64,000 bases of DNA. Source: an uncultured Oscillospiraceae bacterium. Lineage in GTDB: Bacteria; Bacillota; Clostridia; Christensenellales; CAG-314. The notes below the pieces were generated by a model that was given only the letters and a program-made list of their open reading frames with translations, had not been told where the DNA came from and ran no database searches. Made by a program: the position numbers and the translations under genes. The stretch covers positions 138,954 through 202,953 of the forward strand of contig CAZNZO010000001.1 of NCBI GenBank assembly GCA_964577535.1, in the 5' to 3' direction. This document shows, piece by piece, positions 1 through 9,399 of this stretch. The number at the start of each line of letters is the position of its first letter. Within the stretch, counting starts at the first letter, position 1.

Positions 1-66
1 AATGGCGACGGCTATTCCCAAAGATGCCCATTGAATGGATTGTCCAACAAAAGATAACAATTGCAT
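1..66 (-). CDS. rnfB: Rnf complex subunit B, first 22 codons only (gene runs off the window start)
   Basis: ATG at 66-64 with GGGAGGA 8 nt upstream, starting 16 nt after the rnfA stop. Translates MQLLSFVGQSIQWASLGIAVAI, a hydrophobic anchor. The position fits the clostridial rnfCDGEAB order. Confidence 0.5.
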   Translation of the reverse strand, partial: MQLLSFVGQSIQWASLGIAVAI

Positions 67-81
67 TTGCTAGATCCTCCC

Positions 82-726
82 TTACACCATAAGTGTGAAA
101 ACGTAGAAAGCCATTGCCATGAAGCAAGCCGTTAGCATGGACATGGGAAATCCACGCAAAGGTTTTGCAACTTGCAGGTTATCTACCTTTTGACGCAAAC
201 CCGCCATGATAACAATGGCAAGAGTGAAGCCCAAACCATAGAACAAGCCGGACAAAACAGCCTCCGCATAGGAATAGGCCATGTAAACTTCCGTCCATTT
301 GCCAAACAACACGTCTTTAAGCACGAAGTGTGCGGCGCTTTCCGTTTGAACTTGTGCAATGACAATTTCCGCAATGCCCAAAATGGCGCAGTTGGTGGTT
401 ACCAACGGAAGGTAAATGCCCAATGCGGAATAGAGCGACGGGGTGAACTTTTTGAGGATCATTTCCAGCATTTGCACCAACGCCGCAATAACCAAAATGA
501 ATACCAAAATTTCGAGATATTCGATGCCCAAAGGTACCAAAAGGAATGTGTAGATGGGGTATGTTACCGCACAGGTGATAACCATAACGGCGGTTACGGC
601 AAATCCCATACCCAATGCCGAACTGATTTTTTTGGAAACGCCCAAGAAGGGGCAAATTCCCAAGAATTTTACCAAAATGAAGTTTTGCGAGAACAGTGCC
701 GCTACGATGATACCGAGAATATCCAT
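82..726 (-). CDS. rnfA: Rnf electron-transport complex subunit A
   Basis: Polytopic membrane protein: MDILGIIVAALFSQNFILVKFLGICPFLGVS...LGIYLPLVTTNCAILG. Track ORF trimmed to the internal ATG at 726, which has GGAGG upstream and abuts the rnfE stop. Confidence 0.9.
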   Translation of the reverse strand: MDILGIIVAALFSQNFILVKFLGICPFLGVSKKISSALGMGFAVTAVMVITCAVTYPIYTFLLVPLGIEYLEILVFILVIAALVQMLEMILKKFTPSLYSALGIYLPLVTTNCAILGIAEIVIAQVQTESAAHFVLKDVLFGKWTEVYMAYSYAEAVLSGLFYGLGFTLAIVIMAGLRQKVDNLQVAKPLRGFPMSMLTACFMAMAFYVFTLMV

Positions 727-727
727 A

Positions 728-1393
728 CTACTCTGCCTCCTTTGCCGCAGTTGTTGCCGCAGTTGCGCGAGCCGATTTGCGTTTTTGTTTGCGTTCCACT
801 GCGTTGTAGCAAGCGGTGAAAATTGCAATAAACAATCCAAACGTCATAAACGCACCAGCAGGGTTTGCGAAAAAGCCAATAGAGAAATCGTTGGGATTCC
901 ACAATTGCACACCGAAGAAACTAGCCTTGCCCAAAAATTCACGCACAATGCCCATGGAAGTTAGTGCCAACGTGAAACCAATGCCCATAAACAGGCCGTC
1001 CACTGCGCTTTCGCCCACCGGGTTGTGGGAAGCAAAACTTTCTGCACGACCCAAAATGATGCAGTTGACGACAATTAGCGGCAGATATACGCCCAAACTA
1101 TCGTACAAACTGGGAACGTAGGCTTCGATGAACATACGCACGATGGTAACAAACGTTGCAATTATAACAATGAAACACGGGATGCGAACCTTATCCGGAA
1201 TGATGTTGCGCAACAGGGAAATTATCATGTTGGAAAACACCAAAACGAACGTTACTGCGGCGCCCATGCCCATGCAATCCAACGCAGCACTTGTTAGAGC
1301 AAGCGTTGGGCAGGTGCCCAAAACCAATTTGAAGGTGGGATTTTGACGAATTGTTCCGTCAAGAGCAATTTCTTTGAATCTGTTTAGTTTCAT
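728..1393 (-). CDS. rnfE: Rnf complex subunit E
   Basis: NPTFKLVLGTCPTLALTS...LGVYLPLIVVNCIILGRAE, a paralogue of RnfA. AGGAGG Shine-Dalgarno. Confidence 0.9.
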   Translation of the reverse strand: MKLNRFKEIALDGTIRQNPTFKLVLGTCPTLALTSAALDCMGMGAAVTFVLVFSNMIISLLRNIIPDKVRIPCFIVIIATFVTIVRMFIEAYVPSLYDSLGVYLPLIVVNCIILGRAESFASHNPVGESAVDGLFMGIGFTLALTSMGIVREFLGKASFFGVQLWNPNDFSIGFFANPAGAFMTFGLFIAIFTACYNAVERKQKRKSARATAATTAAKEAE

Positions 1394-1406
1394 TTTGCTC
1401 CTCCTT

Positions 1407-2666
1407 CTAGACCAATTCGGCGTCGAAAAGTTGCAACGCCGCTTTTACTGCCGCCGTTATTAGGTTTGCCGATTGTGTTGCGCCGGCCACCTTGTTGCTA
1501 TTGTAAATTCCGTCCACCGTTTCGCTTGTTGCGCCCACCAAAGAGGTTATAAGCACGTCGGCATCGTTTTGCGACGGAGAACCGCTTACGTAGCCGCTGG
1601 TTTTTGCAACGATGTTTGTAACTTTGCCCGCGCCAGAAACGTTTTCGATGGTAACTTCCAACACGTAGGGGCCGGGAACGGTGCCAACGTTAAGTCCTGC
1701 AACGGTGTAGATGCATTTGCCTGTTTGCTGTTCTTGCGTTGCTACCGCAAAAGCCGTGTAGGAACCAAATTGGAAAGACAACAATCTTGTTTGAGATAGT
1801 TTCAACAAAATTTCGTCCGTTGGTTGCAAATTGGTTGCAACAACTTCGCCATCGTTTAGCACCGCAATTTTGAAGTTTTGCGTGCCGTAAACAAACGCTT
1901 GCAAGCCTTCTTGCGAAACAAACAAATAGGTTGCCGTGTCGCTTGTGGAAAGCAACTGCGCTACCGTTTGATTATCCACGGTTGCGTTTAGCACCTGCGT
2001 TTTGCTTTGCCAAACTTGCGAGGAATATTCCGCGCCCAACAGTTGCTGCACTGCGGAAAGCGCATCCGCTTCGGGGTTTTGCCCCAAACTAAGCGCATTG
2101 CGACAATAGTAGGCCGCCATGTTTACGGCGTGGTTTATTGCAGTGGAAGTTAGCACCACCGTTGCACCGGTCATATCCAGTTGCAACGAAGAAGAGACGT
2201 CTTGCCCCACATACCAAGTGTTGCCGGCATTGGAGGGAATGCGATTGATATAGCTTTGAGAAACGTTTTCCTTAACGGCCCAACCAATTATTTTGGCATC
2301 ACTGCCAACAATAACATACAACGTAACGGTGCCGCCGCCGTAGCCACCATTGCCCAGTGCTTCCACAATGTAGGCACCGTCGGTGGAACGAGCAACGCTT
2401 TTTATCTCGCCATATTCTGCGGCAACTTTATATTGAGCGTTGAGTGTGGTATCAAAAGAATCGTCGTTGACAAAGTTGGGATAGATTTTTGCCATGGAGC
2501 GTTGGAAGCGATCTTCGTCGGAAATGTAGAACAAGTCGTTGCAAATGGACAACAACAAGCAACACACCAAACAAATGACAACCAACACGGCCACGGTTTT
2601 TACCGATTGAATTGTAGTTGCTTTTTTTGCCGCTTTTTGTTCGGCAGTGAGAGTGTTTTTGCTCAT
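1407..2666 (-). CDS. rnfG: Rnf complex subunit G, unusually long (419 aa) with two FMN_bind-like modules
   Basis: N-terminal TM helix. First module ends LDMTGATVVLTSTAINHAV, second ends KVAGATQSANLITAAVKAAL. Sits between rnfD and rnfE. Confidence 0.8.
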   Translation of the reverse strand: MSKNTLTAEQKAAKKATTIQSVKTVAVLVVICLVCCLLLSICNDLFYISDEDRFQRSMAKIYPNFVNDDSFDTTLNAQYKVAAEYGEIKSVARSTDGAYIVEALGNGGYGGGTVTLYVIVGSDAKIIGWAVKENVSQSYINRIPSNAGNTWYVGQDVSSSLQLDMTGATVVLTSTAINHAVNMAAYYCRNALSLGQNPEADALSAVQQLLGAEYSSQVWQSKTQVLNATVDNQTVAQLLSTSDTATYLFVSQEGLQAFVYGTQNFKIAVLNDGEVVATNLQPTDEILLKLSQTRLLSFQFGSYTAFAVATQEQQTGKCIYTVAGLNVGTVPGPYVLEVTIENVSGAGKVTNIVAKTSGYVSGSPSQNDADVLITSLVGATSETVDGIYNSNKVAGATQSANLITAAVKAALQLFDAELV

Positions 2667-2667
2667 A

Positions 2668-3705
2668 CTACTTGGCCTCCTTTTGCGTTTTTTGAGGCTT
2701 CACGTAGCCGAACGGGCGACGAACAAACAACCTGTCGAAAATGGGGACGGTCAAATTCATTAGCAAAATTGCAAAGGAAACGGCTTCGCCTTTGACAGCC
2801 TTGCGCAAAACTGCCGTCAGCACGCCCAAAATTGCAAAGTACACATAGTTGCCCAATTTTGTTGTGGGGGTTGTTACGTAGTCGGTTGCCATGAAGATGG
2901 CACCCAAAATCAAACCGCCGGAAAGCACGTTGGGAAGGAACGTGGCGACAGCTTGGCTGAAAGTTAGGCCGTCTGCCCAATTTAGCACCACTGCCATTAC
3001 GCCCGTTGCAAACACGTATACAAGCGGCCAGCGGAAGTTAATAACGCCGCGCACCACCAAATACAATCCGCCAATGATAAGCGCAAGTTTGCAAGTTTCG
3101 CCTATGCAACCGGGAACGCCGGTGCCAAGGAACAAATCCAAATTGGTGAGGGTGTTGCCGGTGGTTTCCGCACCGAAAAGGGCTTGCAATGGGGTTGCTC
3201 CTTGAATGTAGCCGCTGGTGACGGAGGAAAGCACTTTTGCCGCCGTTCCATCGGGACGGACGAAATGCATTGTGCCGCCAAAAGCTGCTCCGAAGGAAAT
3301 GAACGCAAAAATTCTGCCGGCAATGGCCGGGTTAACAACGTTTTTGCCTGTGCCGCCAAACAGCATTTTGACAACAACAACGGCAAACACACTTGCCAAA
3401 AGCGGCGTATACCACTTGGAATTGGCGTACATATTCATGCCAACAAGCAAACCTGTTACCAACGAAGAAAAATCGAATTGATCCAAAATTTGTTGGAAAG
3501 TTTTTTTGCAACAAAGCAGAAAAACAAATTCCGCCGCAACTGCCGAAAGTGCCGCAATGGCCAAAATCAAAAGAGACTTCCATCCGAGCAATATGCAACC
3601 GGCTATGCAAGCAGGCAACAATGCAATGCAAACGTCAATCATTATTCGTTTTGTTGTGACGTTGCTTCGAATTTGCGGAGAACTTGAATAAACGTAGTTT
3701 GACAT
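2668..3705 (-). CDS. rnfD: Rnf complex subunit D
   Basis: Polytopic NqrB/RnfD-like protein with the flavinylation-region motif MATDYVTTP. AAGGAG Shine-Dalgarno. Confidence 0.9.
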   Translation of the reverse strand: MSNYVYSSSPQIRSNVTTKRIMIDVCIALLPACIAGCILLGWKSLLILAIAALSAVAAEFVFLLCCKKTFQQILDQFDFSSLVTGLLVGMNMYANSKWYTPLLASVFAVVVVKMLFGGTGKNVVNPAIAGRIFAFISFGAAFGGTMHFVRPDGTAAKVLSSVTSGYIQGATPLQALFGAETTGNTLTNLDLFLGTGVPGCIGETCKLALIIGGLYLVVRGVINFRWPLVYVFATGVMAVVLNWADGLTFSQAVATFLPNVLSGGLILGAIFMATDYVTTPTTKLGNYVYFAILGVLTAVLRKAVKGEAVSFAILLMNLTVPIFDRLFVRRPFGYVKPQKTQKEAK

Positions 3706-3706
3706 G

Positions 3707-5017
3707 CTATTTCTCCTTGACTCTTTGTTTTGTTAGGCGAACGCTTTGAACAAGCGGACGCTTTGCGGGGCATACGTAGGCGCACGAACCGCATTCGTAG
3801 CAATTTAGCGCACCAAATTTCACGGCATTTTCCACGTCGCCAACAGTGGCGTAGAAATCGATATAGAGTGGCATAAGTTTCATGGGGCAAGCATCCACGC
3901 AACGGCCACAGCTGATGCAGGGCGTTGGCAAAACTGTGCTTGCTTCCTTTTGCGTTAGCGCCAAAAATCCGCCGTCCGTTTTGGTTGTGTAGACGTCGGT
4001 GCTGATAAGGGAAAATCCCATCATAGGTCCGCCGGCCACAAGTTTTGCAACGTCGTCGGATAGGCCGCCGCAAAATTCCACTATGGCAGAAAGGGGCGTG
4101 CCAATGAGCACTTCCAAATTGTGCGGATTGCCAATGCCTCTGCCAGAAATGGTAACAATGCGTTTGTAGAAAGTGCGGCCGTTTTTGACGGCATCCCAAA
4201 CGCAATAGGCCGTGGCAACGTTGCAAACCACGCAACCAACGGCGGCAGGCAAACCACCTACGGGAACTTCCCTGTTGGTGCAAGCCTTTATCAACGCTTT
4301 TTCGGCGCCTTGCGGATATTTTGTTTTTAGCAACGTAACAACAACGTCGCTTTCCGTTTTGGGATCCTTTTCGCCAACGACACCGTCTAGCGCTAGCAAT
4401 GCGGAATAGGCTTCCGTTTTGTTGCTTTCAAGGCCAATAAACACGTGTTTGGCATCGCACGCCACAGCCAGCAAACGAGCACCGTCCACAACACGTTGCG
4501 CGCGTTCTATAAGCAAACGGTTGTCGCAGTTAAGGTAGGGTTCGCATTCCGCCGCATTTATAATTAGCGTATCGACGGGATTTTTGGGTTGAACCTTGAC
4601 GGCGGTTGGGAAACCAGCGCCGCCACAACCGACAACGCCGGCTTCGGCAATTCTTTGAACAATTTGCTCGGGGGTGGGGTTTTCTAGCACCGGCAAAAGC
4701 TGTTCGTTTTGCTTGCCATTGGATTTTATGTGAATATAGTCGCACTCTGCACCACGAGCGTTTTTGCGCTTGACAATTTCCACCACCTCACCACAAACGG
4801 GCGAATGCACGTTGGCGGAAACAAAGCCTGCGGCTTTTGCCAACAACTGGCCTTGGCAAACTTCGTCGCCAACGCTTACAACAGGTTGTGCGGGAGCGCC
4901 AACGTGTTGAGAGAGCGCAACGAAATAGTCGGCAACAATGGGCATTTGTTCAATGGCCACGTATTGCGACATGGTTTTGTTATCGGGGATGTGAGTGCCG
5001 CCCCTAAACGTTCTCAT
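3707..5017 (-). CDS. rnfC: Rnf complex subunit C (NADH-binding, 2x[4Fe-4S])
   Basis: MRTFRGGTHIPDNK N-terminus, GCGGAGFPT, and two ferredoxin motifs CISCGRCVDACP and CYECGSCAYVCP. Confidence 0.9.
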   Translation of the reverse strand: MRTFRGGTHIPDNKTMSQYVAIEQMPIVADYFVALSQHVGAPAQPVVSVGDEVCQGQLLAKAAGFVSANVHSPVCGEVVEIVKRKNARGAECDYIHIKSNGKQNEQLLPVLENPTPEQIVQRIAEAGVVGCGGAGFPTAVKVQPKNPVDTLIINAAECEPYLNCDNRLLIERAQRVVDGARLLAVACDAKHVFIGLESNKTEAYSALLALDGVVGEKDPKTESDVVVTLLKTKYPQGAEKALIKACTNREVPVGGLPAAVGCVVCNVATAYCVWDAVKNGRTFYKRIVTISGRGIGNPHNLEVLIGTPLSAIVEFCGGLSDDVAKLVAGGPMMGFSLISTDVYTTKTDGGFLALTQKEASTVLPTPCISCGRCVDACPMKLMPLYIDFYATVGDVENAVKFGALNCYECGSCAYVCPAKRPLVQSVRLTKQRVKEK

Positions 5018-5426
5018 ATAAGGAAAAACCTCCTTGTGTTTTTGAGATGGACAACTTCCACCTATATTGCGTTTATTTTATCACACGGCAGGGGAAATGT
5101 AAATAGACAAAGTAGCACTAAACATAGTATATATGCACCGAAAATCAACTGTTTTTAACAAATTGTCACTTTTTGTGCACAGATAAACATATCGTTTTCT
5201 CGGCAAGTTTGGTGGCATTTGTTTTACGCGTGCCAAATTTTAGACACGAATTGTTTTTGCACGAAAAAAAACAGTTGAACAGCAAACGGCGCTTAATCAA
5301 TATCAACAACGGAATAAAAACAAAACATTCTGCAGCTTCTTGTTGCCCTTGTAACAACGTTTTGCCGTGTTTTTTCAACTACGTGTCATATTTTTGGCGA
5401 CATTTTGCCCTTGCGACGCTTATTGC

Positions 5427-5463
5427 ACAAAAAAGAACCTGCCAACTTGTGCAGGTTCTTTTG
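5427..5463 (-). terminator. Rho-independent terminator after the CvpA-like gene
   Basis: Stem AGAACCTGC (5434-5442) pairs with GCAGGTTCT (5451-5459). The A-run on the plus strand gives a U-run on the minus strand. Could also act bidirectionally. Confidence 0.6.
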
Positions 5464-5491
5464 AAATTTAATTGTTGCTTTTTGCTAGCTG

Positions 5492-6856
5492 TTATTCGCC
5501 GGTGGATAGTCCCAAAATGTTTTTGAGAACGTCAACCGTTTCTTGGTCGGTATCGGCGGGCAATTCGTCGAAAACTTCTTCCAATTTCATTTTGGTGCCG
5601 TTGGGCAAATCCAAATCGGTGTTGACGTTGCTAAGCACGGGAACAAGCAATGCGCTTTCCGAAACGGAATCGATGGTTGCAGCAATGTCGTCCACCGTCA
5701 CGTTTTCGCCCTTTTCGATGGTTGCAGTGATGTTTTCGATAACGTCCAATTCCTTGGTGAATTTGATTTCGGTGAAATCGGTGCTCTTCAACGTGTCTTT
5801 GATGCCAGCAACCATTTCTGCCACGCCAGGAGCGGCATCGTCGGGAACGGGCACCATATCAATGGCGGAAGAAACAACCGCATTGATGGTATTTTTAGCT
5901 TCTTGCGGAAGTTCGGCAGTTATTTCGTCCAGTTTGCCAAATGCTTCGCGAAGTTCAGAAAAACTGCTAAGGTCGGAAAAGTCGATATCGTTTAGTTTTT
6001 CCGTGGTTTCGTTGAATTGTTGCAAAATGTCCAGCATGGCTTTTATGGCATCAATTTGACCGGACAAAGTCATTTTTTGATTGGTGCCGTCCTCTTGCGG
6101 AACTTGCACGCCAGAAATAAGATCGAAAATGGGGCTGCAAGTGTGGCCATAGAACTTGCCGATTATCGTTTCTTCATAGCCAAGCAAAATTTGTTTTATT
6201 TCGTCGGAAATGATTTCGCCGCCTTCGCTTGTGCTGCCACCTTCGCCTTCGGGGGAAGTGGTTCCGGAAGAAACACTGCCTTCTTCTGCGGCAAAAGCAT
6301 ACTTATCGTCTGTGGAAGCGGATGCCGTGGAGCCCTGAAGATCTTCCATCATGGGAATCACACGGTTAACTTGCACAAGCATGCCGGATATGGGAACGCA
6401 AAAGCACAATGCAATTGCAACGCCTTGCACCAAACCCGTCAATGCACCAATGCCGGCGTGTTTTTTTGCGCCCTTTTTGACGAAAATTTTGCAAATGGGG
6501 TAAAGGATGATCCAGGACACAAGTTTGAGCGCCCAGAACAACACCAAAAATATCACCACGCCCACAATGATGCGGATAAGCGGAATAACAACAGATTCGC
6601 CCAAGCTGCTTACTTCTTCCGGCAAGGAAGTTAGTACGTAATCTTGAATGGTGGTTGTTGTTTCGCCCATAGCTATTTCGGTTGTTAGCAACGTGTTTGT
6701 TACAAAATCTTTAAGGCAAAAAGCCGCAACGATGCACACAAGCACCAAAATAAGGCGCAAAACGGCGCGGCGCGCACCACGCATCATGCCCAGCAAAACG
6801 CTTAGCACCACTGCAATGCCCGTTATTGCCCAAATACCAATTTCTACGTAGTTCAT
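5492..6856 (-). CDS. CvpA-like membrane protein with a long acidic C-terminal domain
   Basis: N-terminus MNYVEIGIWAITGIAVVLSVLLGMMRGARRAVLRL plus further TM helices resembles the colicin V production (CvpA) family. The ~270-aa D/E/T-rich tail is unassigned. Confidence 0.55.
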   Translation of the reverse strand: MNYVEIGIWAITGIAVVLSVLLGMMRGARRAVLRLILVLVCIVAAFCLKDFVTNTLLTTEIAMGETTTTIQDYVLTSLPEEVSSLGESVVIPLIRIIVGVVIFLVLFWALKLVSWIILYPICKIFVKKGAKKHAGIGALTGLVQGVAIALCFCVPISGMLVQVNRVIPMMEDLQGSTASASTDDKYAFAAEEGSVSSGTTSPEGEGGSTSEGGEIISDEIKQILLGYEETIIGKFYGHTCSPIFDLISGVQVPQEDGTNQKMTLSGQIDAIKAMLDILQQFNETTEKLNDIDFSDLSSFSELREAFGKLDEITAELPQEAKNTINAVVSSAIDMVPVPDDAAPGVAEMVAGIKDTLKSTDFTEIKFTKELDVIENITATIEKGENVTVDDIAATIDSVSESALLVPVLSNVNTDLDLPNGTKMKLEEVFDELPADTDQETVDVLKNILGLSTGE

Positions 6857-7038
6857 AATCTCTCCGTTTGTTGCAAGCGCAACACTTAAATTCTCCTCAA
6901 AAAGCGACTAGCGCACTTTCTTAAATAATAATACCACATTATCTCAAAAAAAACAACGCTTGATGCAATTTTGTTGTGACAAGTGTTGACAGTTTGGCAA
7001 AAATAAAACACTCTTGATGCAATTTTAGCGAATTTTTC

Positions 7039-7072
7039 GCAAAAAAGGAGACCTCGAAACGAAGTCTCCTTT
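7039..7072 (-). terminator. Terminator of gap
   Basis: Minus strand reads AAGGAGAC-TTCGTTTCGAG-GTCTCCTT followed by TTTTTT. Confidence 0.65.
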
Positions 7073-7086
7073 GAAAACACCTTTTA

Positions 7087-8154
7087 TTAGTTGAGTTCTG
7101 CGAAATATTTGATTGTGCGAACCATTTGAGAAGTGTAGCTGTTTTCGTTGTCGTACCAAGAAACAACTTGTACTTGATAGGTGTCGTCGTCGATTTTAGC
7201 AACCATGGTTTGAGTTGCATCGAACAAGCTGCCGTAACGCATACCTATGATGTCGGAAGAAACGATCATATCTTCGTTGTAGCCGAAGGATTGGTTAGCA
7301 ACGGATTTCATATAAGCGTTGATGCCTTCAACAGTTACGTCGTGACCCTTAACAACTGCTACCAAAATTGTGGTGCTGCCGGTGCAAACGGGAACGCGTT
7401 GTGCGGAACCGATAAGTTTGCCGTTCAAAGCAGGGATAACCAAACCGATAGCTTTTGCTGCGCCGGTGGTGTTGGGAACGATGTTTTGTGCTGCTGCGCG
7501 TGCACGACGAAGGTCACCCTTGCGGTGAGGTCCGTCCAAAACCATTTGGTCGCCAGTGTAGGCGTGAACGGTTGTCATGATGCCGCTTTGGATAGGAGCA
7601 TAGTCGTTCAAAGCTTTTGCCATGGGAGCAAGGCAGTTGGTTGTGCAGCTAGCTGCGGAAATGATGTTGTCTTCGGCAGTGAGAACGTCTTCGTTAACGC
7701 CAAACACAACGGTGGGAAGGTCTTTTCCTGCGGGAGCGGAAATAACAACTTTCTTTGCGCCTGCTGCGATGTGGGCTTGGCTCTTTTCCTTAGAGCAATA
7801 GAAGCCGGTGCATTCCAAAACAACGTCTACTCTAAGTTTTTTCCAAGGAAGGTTTGCTGCTTTGGGTTCTGCATAAATGGTGATTTCCGTTCCGTCAACA
7901 ATGATTGCGCCGGGCGTAACGACAGTTTTGCCATCTTCTGCCAAAACGGGATCTTTGTGGGAAACGGTGTGTCCCAATGCTACGTAGTTGCCTTGAGCTG
8001 TGTCGTACTTCAAAAGGTGAGCAAGCATTTTGGGGCTTGTCAAATCGTTGATTGCAACAATTTTGTAGCCTTTTGCGCCGAACATTTGACGGAATGCAAG
8101 ACGACCGATACGTCCGAAACCGTTGATTGCAACTCTTACTGTTTTGTTTGCCAT
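7087..8154 (-). CDS. gap: Type I glyceraldehyde-3-phosphate dehydrogenase
   Basis: [15 protein letters not shown] Rossmann motif and the SCTTNCLAP active site. Confidence 0.95.
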   Translation of the reverse strand: MANKTVRVAINGFGRIGRLAFRQMFGAKGYKIVAINDLTSPKMLAHLLKYDTAQGNYVALGHTVSHKDPVLAEDGKTVVTPGAIIVDGTEITIYAEPKAANLPWKKLRVDVVLECTGFYCSKEKSQAHIAAGAKKVVISAPAGKDLPTVVFGVNEDVLTAEDNIISAASCTTNCLAPMAKALNDYAPIQSGIMTTVHAYTGDQMVLDGPHRKGDLRRARAAAQNIVPNTTGAAKAIGLVIPALNGKLIGSAQRVPVCTGSTTILVAVVKGHDVTVEGINAYMKSVANQSFGYNEDMIVSSDIIGMRYGSLFDATQTMVAKIDDDTYQVQVVSWYDNENSYTSQMVRTIKYFAELN

Positions 8155-8239
8155 TGTGAGTTACCTCCAAAAAATTTTCTTATTGGCGGCACAAATACTT
8201 CTTTACTAAAATTAAGTATTGTGCTAAAATACCTTTGTT

Positions 8240-8268
8240 ATTATAACACAGCGCCAAACGTTTGACAA
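8240..8268 (-). promoter_or_regulatory. SigmaA-type promoter of gap
   Basis: Minus strand: TTGTCA, 17-nt spacer, then TATAAT preceded by TGT (extended -10). Confidence 0.55.
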
Positions 8269-8342
8269 CAAAAGAACTGTCAAAAAATATAAATTTAAGT
8301 TTAGCGCAACATAAATTTTTTTTATCTTGGAGGTAAAAAACC

Positions 8343-9278
8343 ATGCCACTCGTTACAACAAAAGAAATGTTTGAAAAAGCATACCGTGAAGGATACGCTA
8401 TTGGCGCCTTCAACGTGAACAACATGGAAATGATTCAAGCAATTGTTGACGCGGCAAACGAATGTCGTTCTCCCGTTATTTTGCAAGTTTCCGCCGGCGC
8501 AAGAAAATACGCCAACCCCGTTTATTTGAAACACTTGGTAGATGCCGCAGTTGCAACAACCGATATCCCCATTGCTCTGCACTTGGATCACGGCGCAGAT
8601 TTTGAAGTTTGCAAATCGGCCATCGACAGCGGCTTTACGTCGGTTATGATTGATGCTTCTTCCAAACCTTGGGAAGAAAACATTGCCATCACCAAACAGG
8701 TTGTGGAATATGCACACGCTCGCGGCGTTGTTGTTGAAGCAGAACTTGGCAAACTTGCCGGCATTGAAGACGACGTTCACGTGGAAGCTGACGACGCTTT
8801 GTTCACCAGCCCCGACGAAGTGCAAGAATTCACACAAAGAACAGGCATTGACAGTTTGGCAATTGCTATTGGCACCAGCCACGGCGCATTCAAATTCAAA
8901 CCCGGTCAAGATCCCAAACTTCGTTTGGACATTTTGGAAGAAATCGGCCGCAGATTGCCCGGCTTCCCCATTGTTTTGCACGGCGCAAGCAGCGTTCCGC
9001 AAGACAAAGTTGCTATTGTTAACCAATACGGCGGCAGCATGCCCAACGCAATCGGCATCCCCGAAAGCGAATTGCAAAAGGCCGCAAAAATGGCTGTTTG
9101 CAAAATTAACATCGACAGCGACTTGAGAGTGGCTTTCACCGCCGCTATCCGCAAGCACTTTGTTGATTTCCCTGCTCACTTCGACCCCAGACAATATTTG
9201 GGCGACGCTCGCACCATGATGAAAGAAATGGTAAAACACAAAATCATCAACGTTTTGGGCAGCGAAAACAAAGCTTAA
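8343..9278 (+). CDS. fba: Class II fructose-1,6-bisphosphate aldolase
   Basis: MPLVTTKEMFEKAYREGYAIGAFNVNN...LHLDHG...HGASS. GGAGG Shine-Dalgarno. Confidence 0.93.
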   Translation: MPLVTTKEMFEKAYREGYAIGAFNVNNMEMIQAIVDAANECRSPVILQVSAGARKYANPVYLKHLVDAAVATTDIPIALHLDHGADFEVCKSAIDSGFTSVMIDASSKPWEENIAITKQVVEYAHARGVVVEAELGKLAGIEDDVHVEADDALFTSPDEVQEFTQRTGIDSLAIAIGTSHGAFKFKPGQDPKLRLDILEEIGRRLPGFPIVLHGASSVPQDKVAIVNQYGGSMPNAIGIPESELQKAAKMAVCKINIDSDLRVAFTAAIRKHFVDFPAHFDPRQYLGDARTMMKEMVKHKIINVLGSENKA

Positions 9279-9294
9279 CAAAAAAAACAAAATC

Positions 9295-9330
9295 AAAAAT
9301 GCCTCCGAGTTTTTCGGAGGCATTTTTGTT
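9295..9330. terminator. Bidirectional terminator between fba and pepF
   Basis: ATGCCTCCG-loop-CGGAGGCAT, flanked by an A-run and a T-run. Confidence 0.65.
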
Positions 9331-9399
9331 AGCAAAATTATGAATTTTGTTTTGATAGCGGCAATTGTTTTGCTAAAAACAACCACTGCCGTCAAAAAA

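Noticed and set aside
82-840. N-terminal extensions in the ORF track. Affected ORFs are rnfA, sleB, the S41 peptidase, pfk, glgC, hrcA, the GT4 enzyme, plsX, rplJ, secE, cdd, DUF3343, DUF4279, galU and DUF1538.
   Set aside because: The upstream starts lack Shine-Dalgarno sites or overlap neighbouring genes, and they add non-homologous residues. The internal ATG, GTG or TTG starts have GGAGG-like sites at 4-11 nt and give canonical N-termini.
5166-5526. Track ORFs in the rnfC leader (70 aa on the minus strand, 117 aa on the plus strand).
   Set aside because: They have no Shine-Dalgarno and are low-complexity K/L/F/C-rich translations. The plus-strand ORF runs through the terminator hairpin and into the antisense strand of the CvpA-like gene.
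8262-8283. The palindrome TTGACA-N10-TGTCAA in the gap/fba divergent region was considered as a possible glycolytic regulator operator.
   Set aside because: It has only 6-bp arms, and one arm doubles as a -35 element. It does not resemble the CggR direct-repeat operator. A chance occurrence is plausible in 64 kb.
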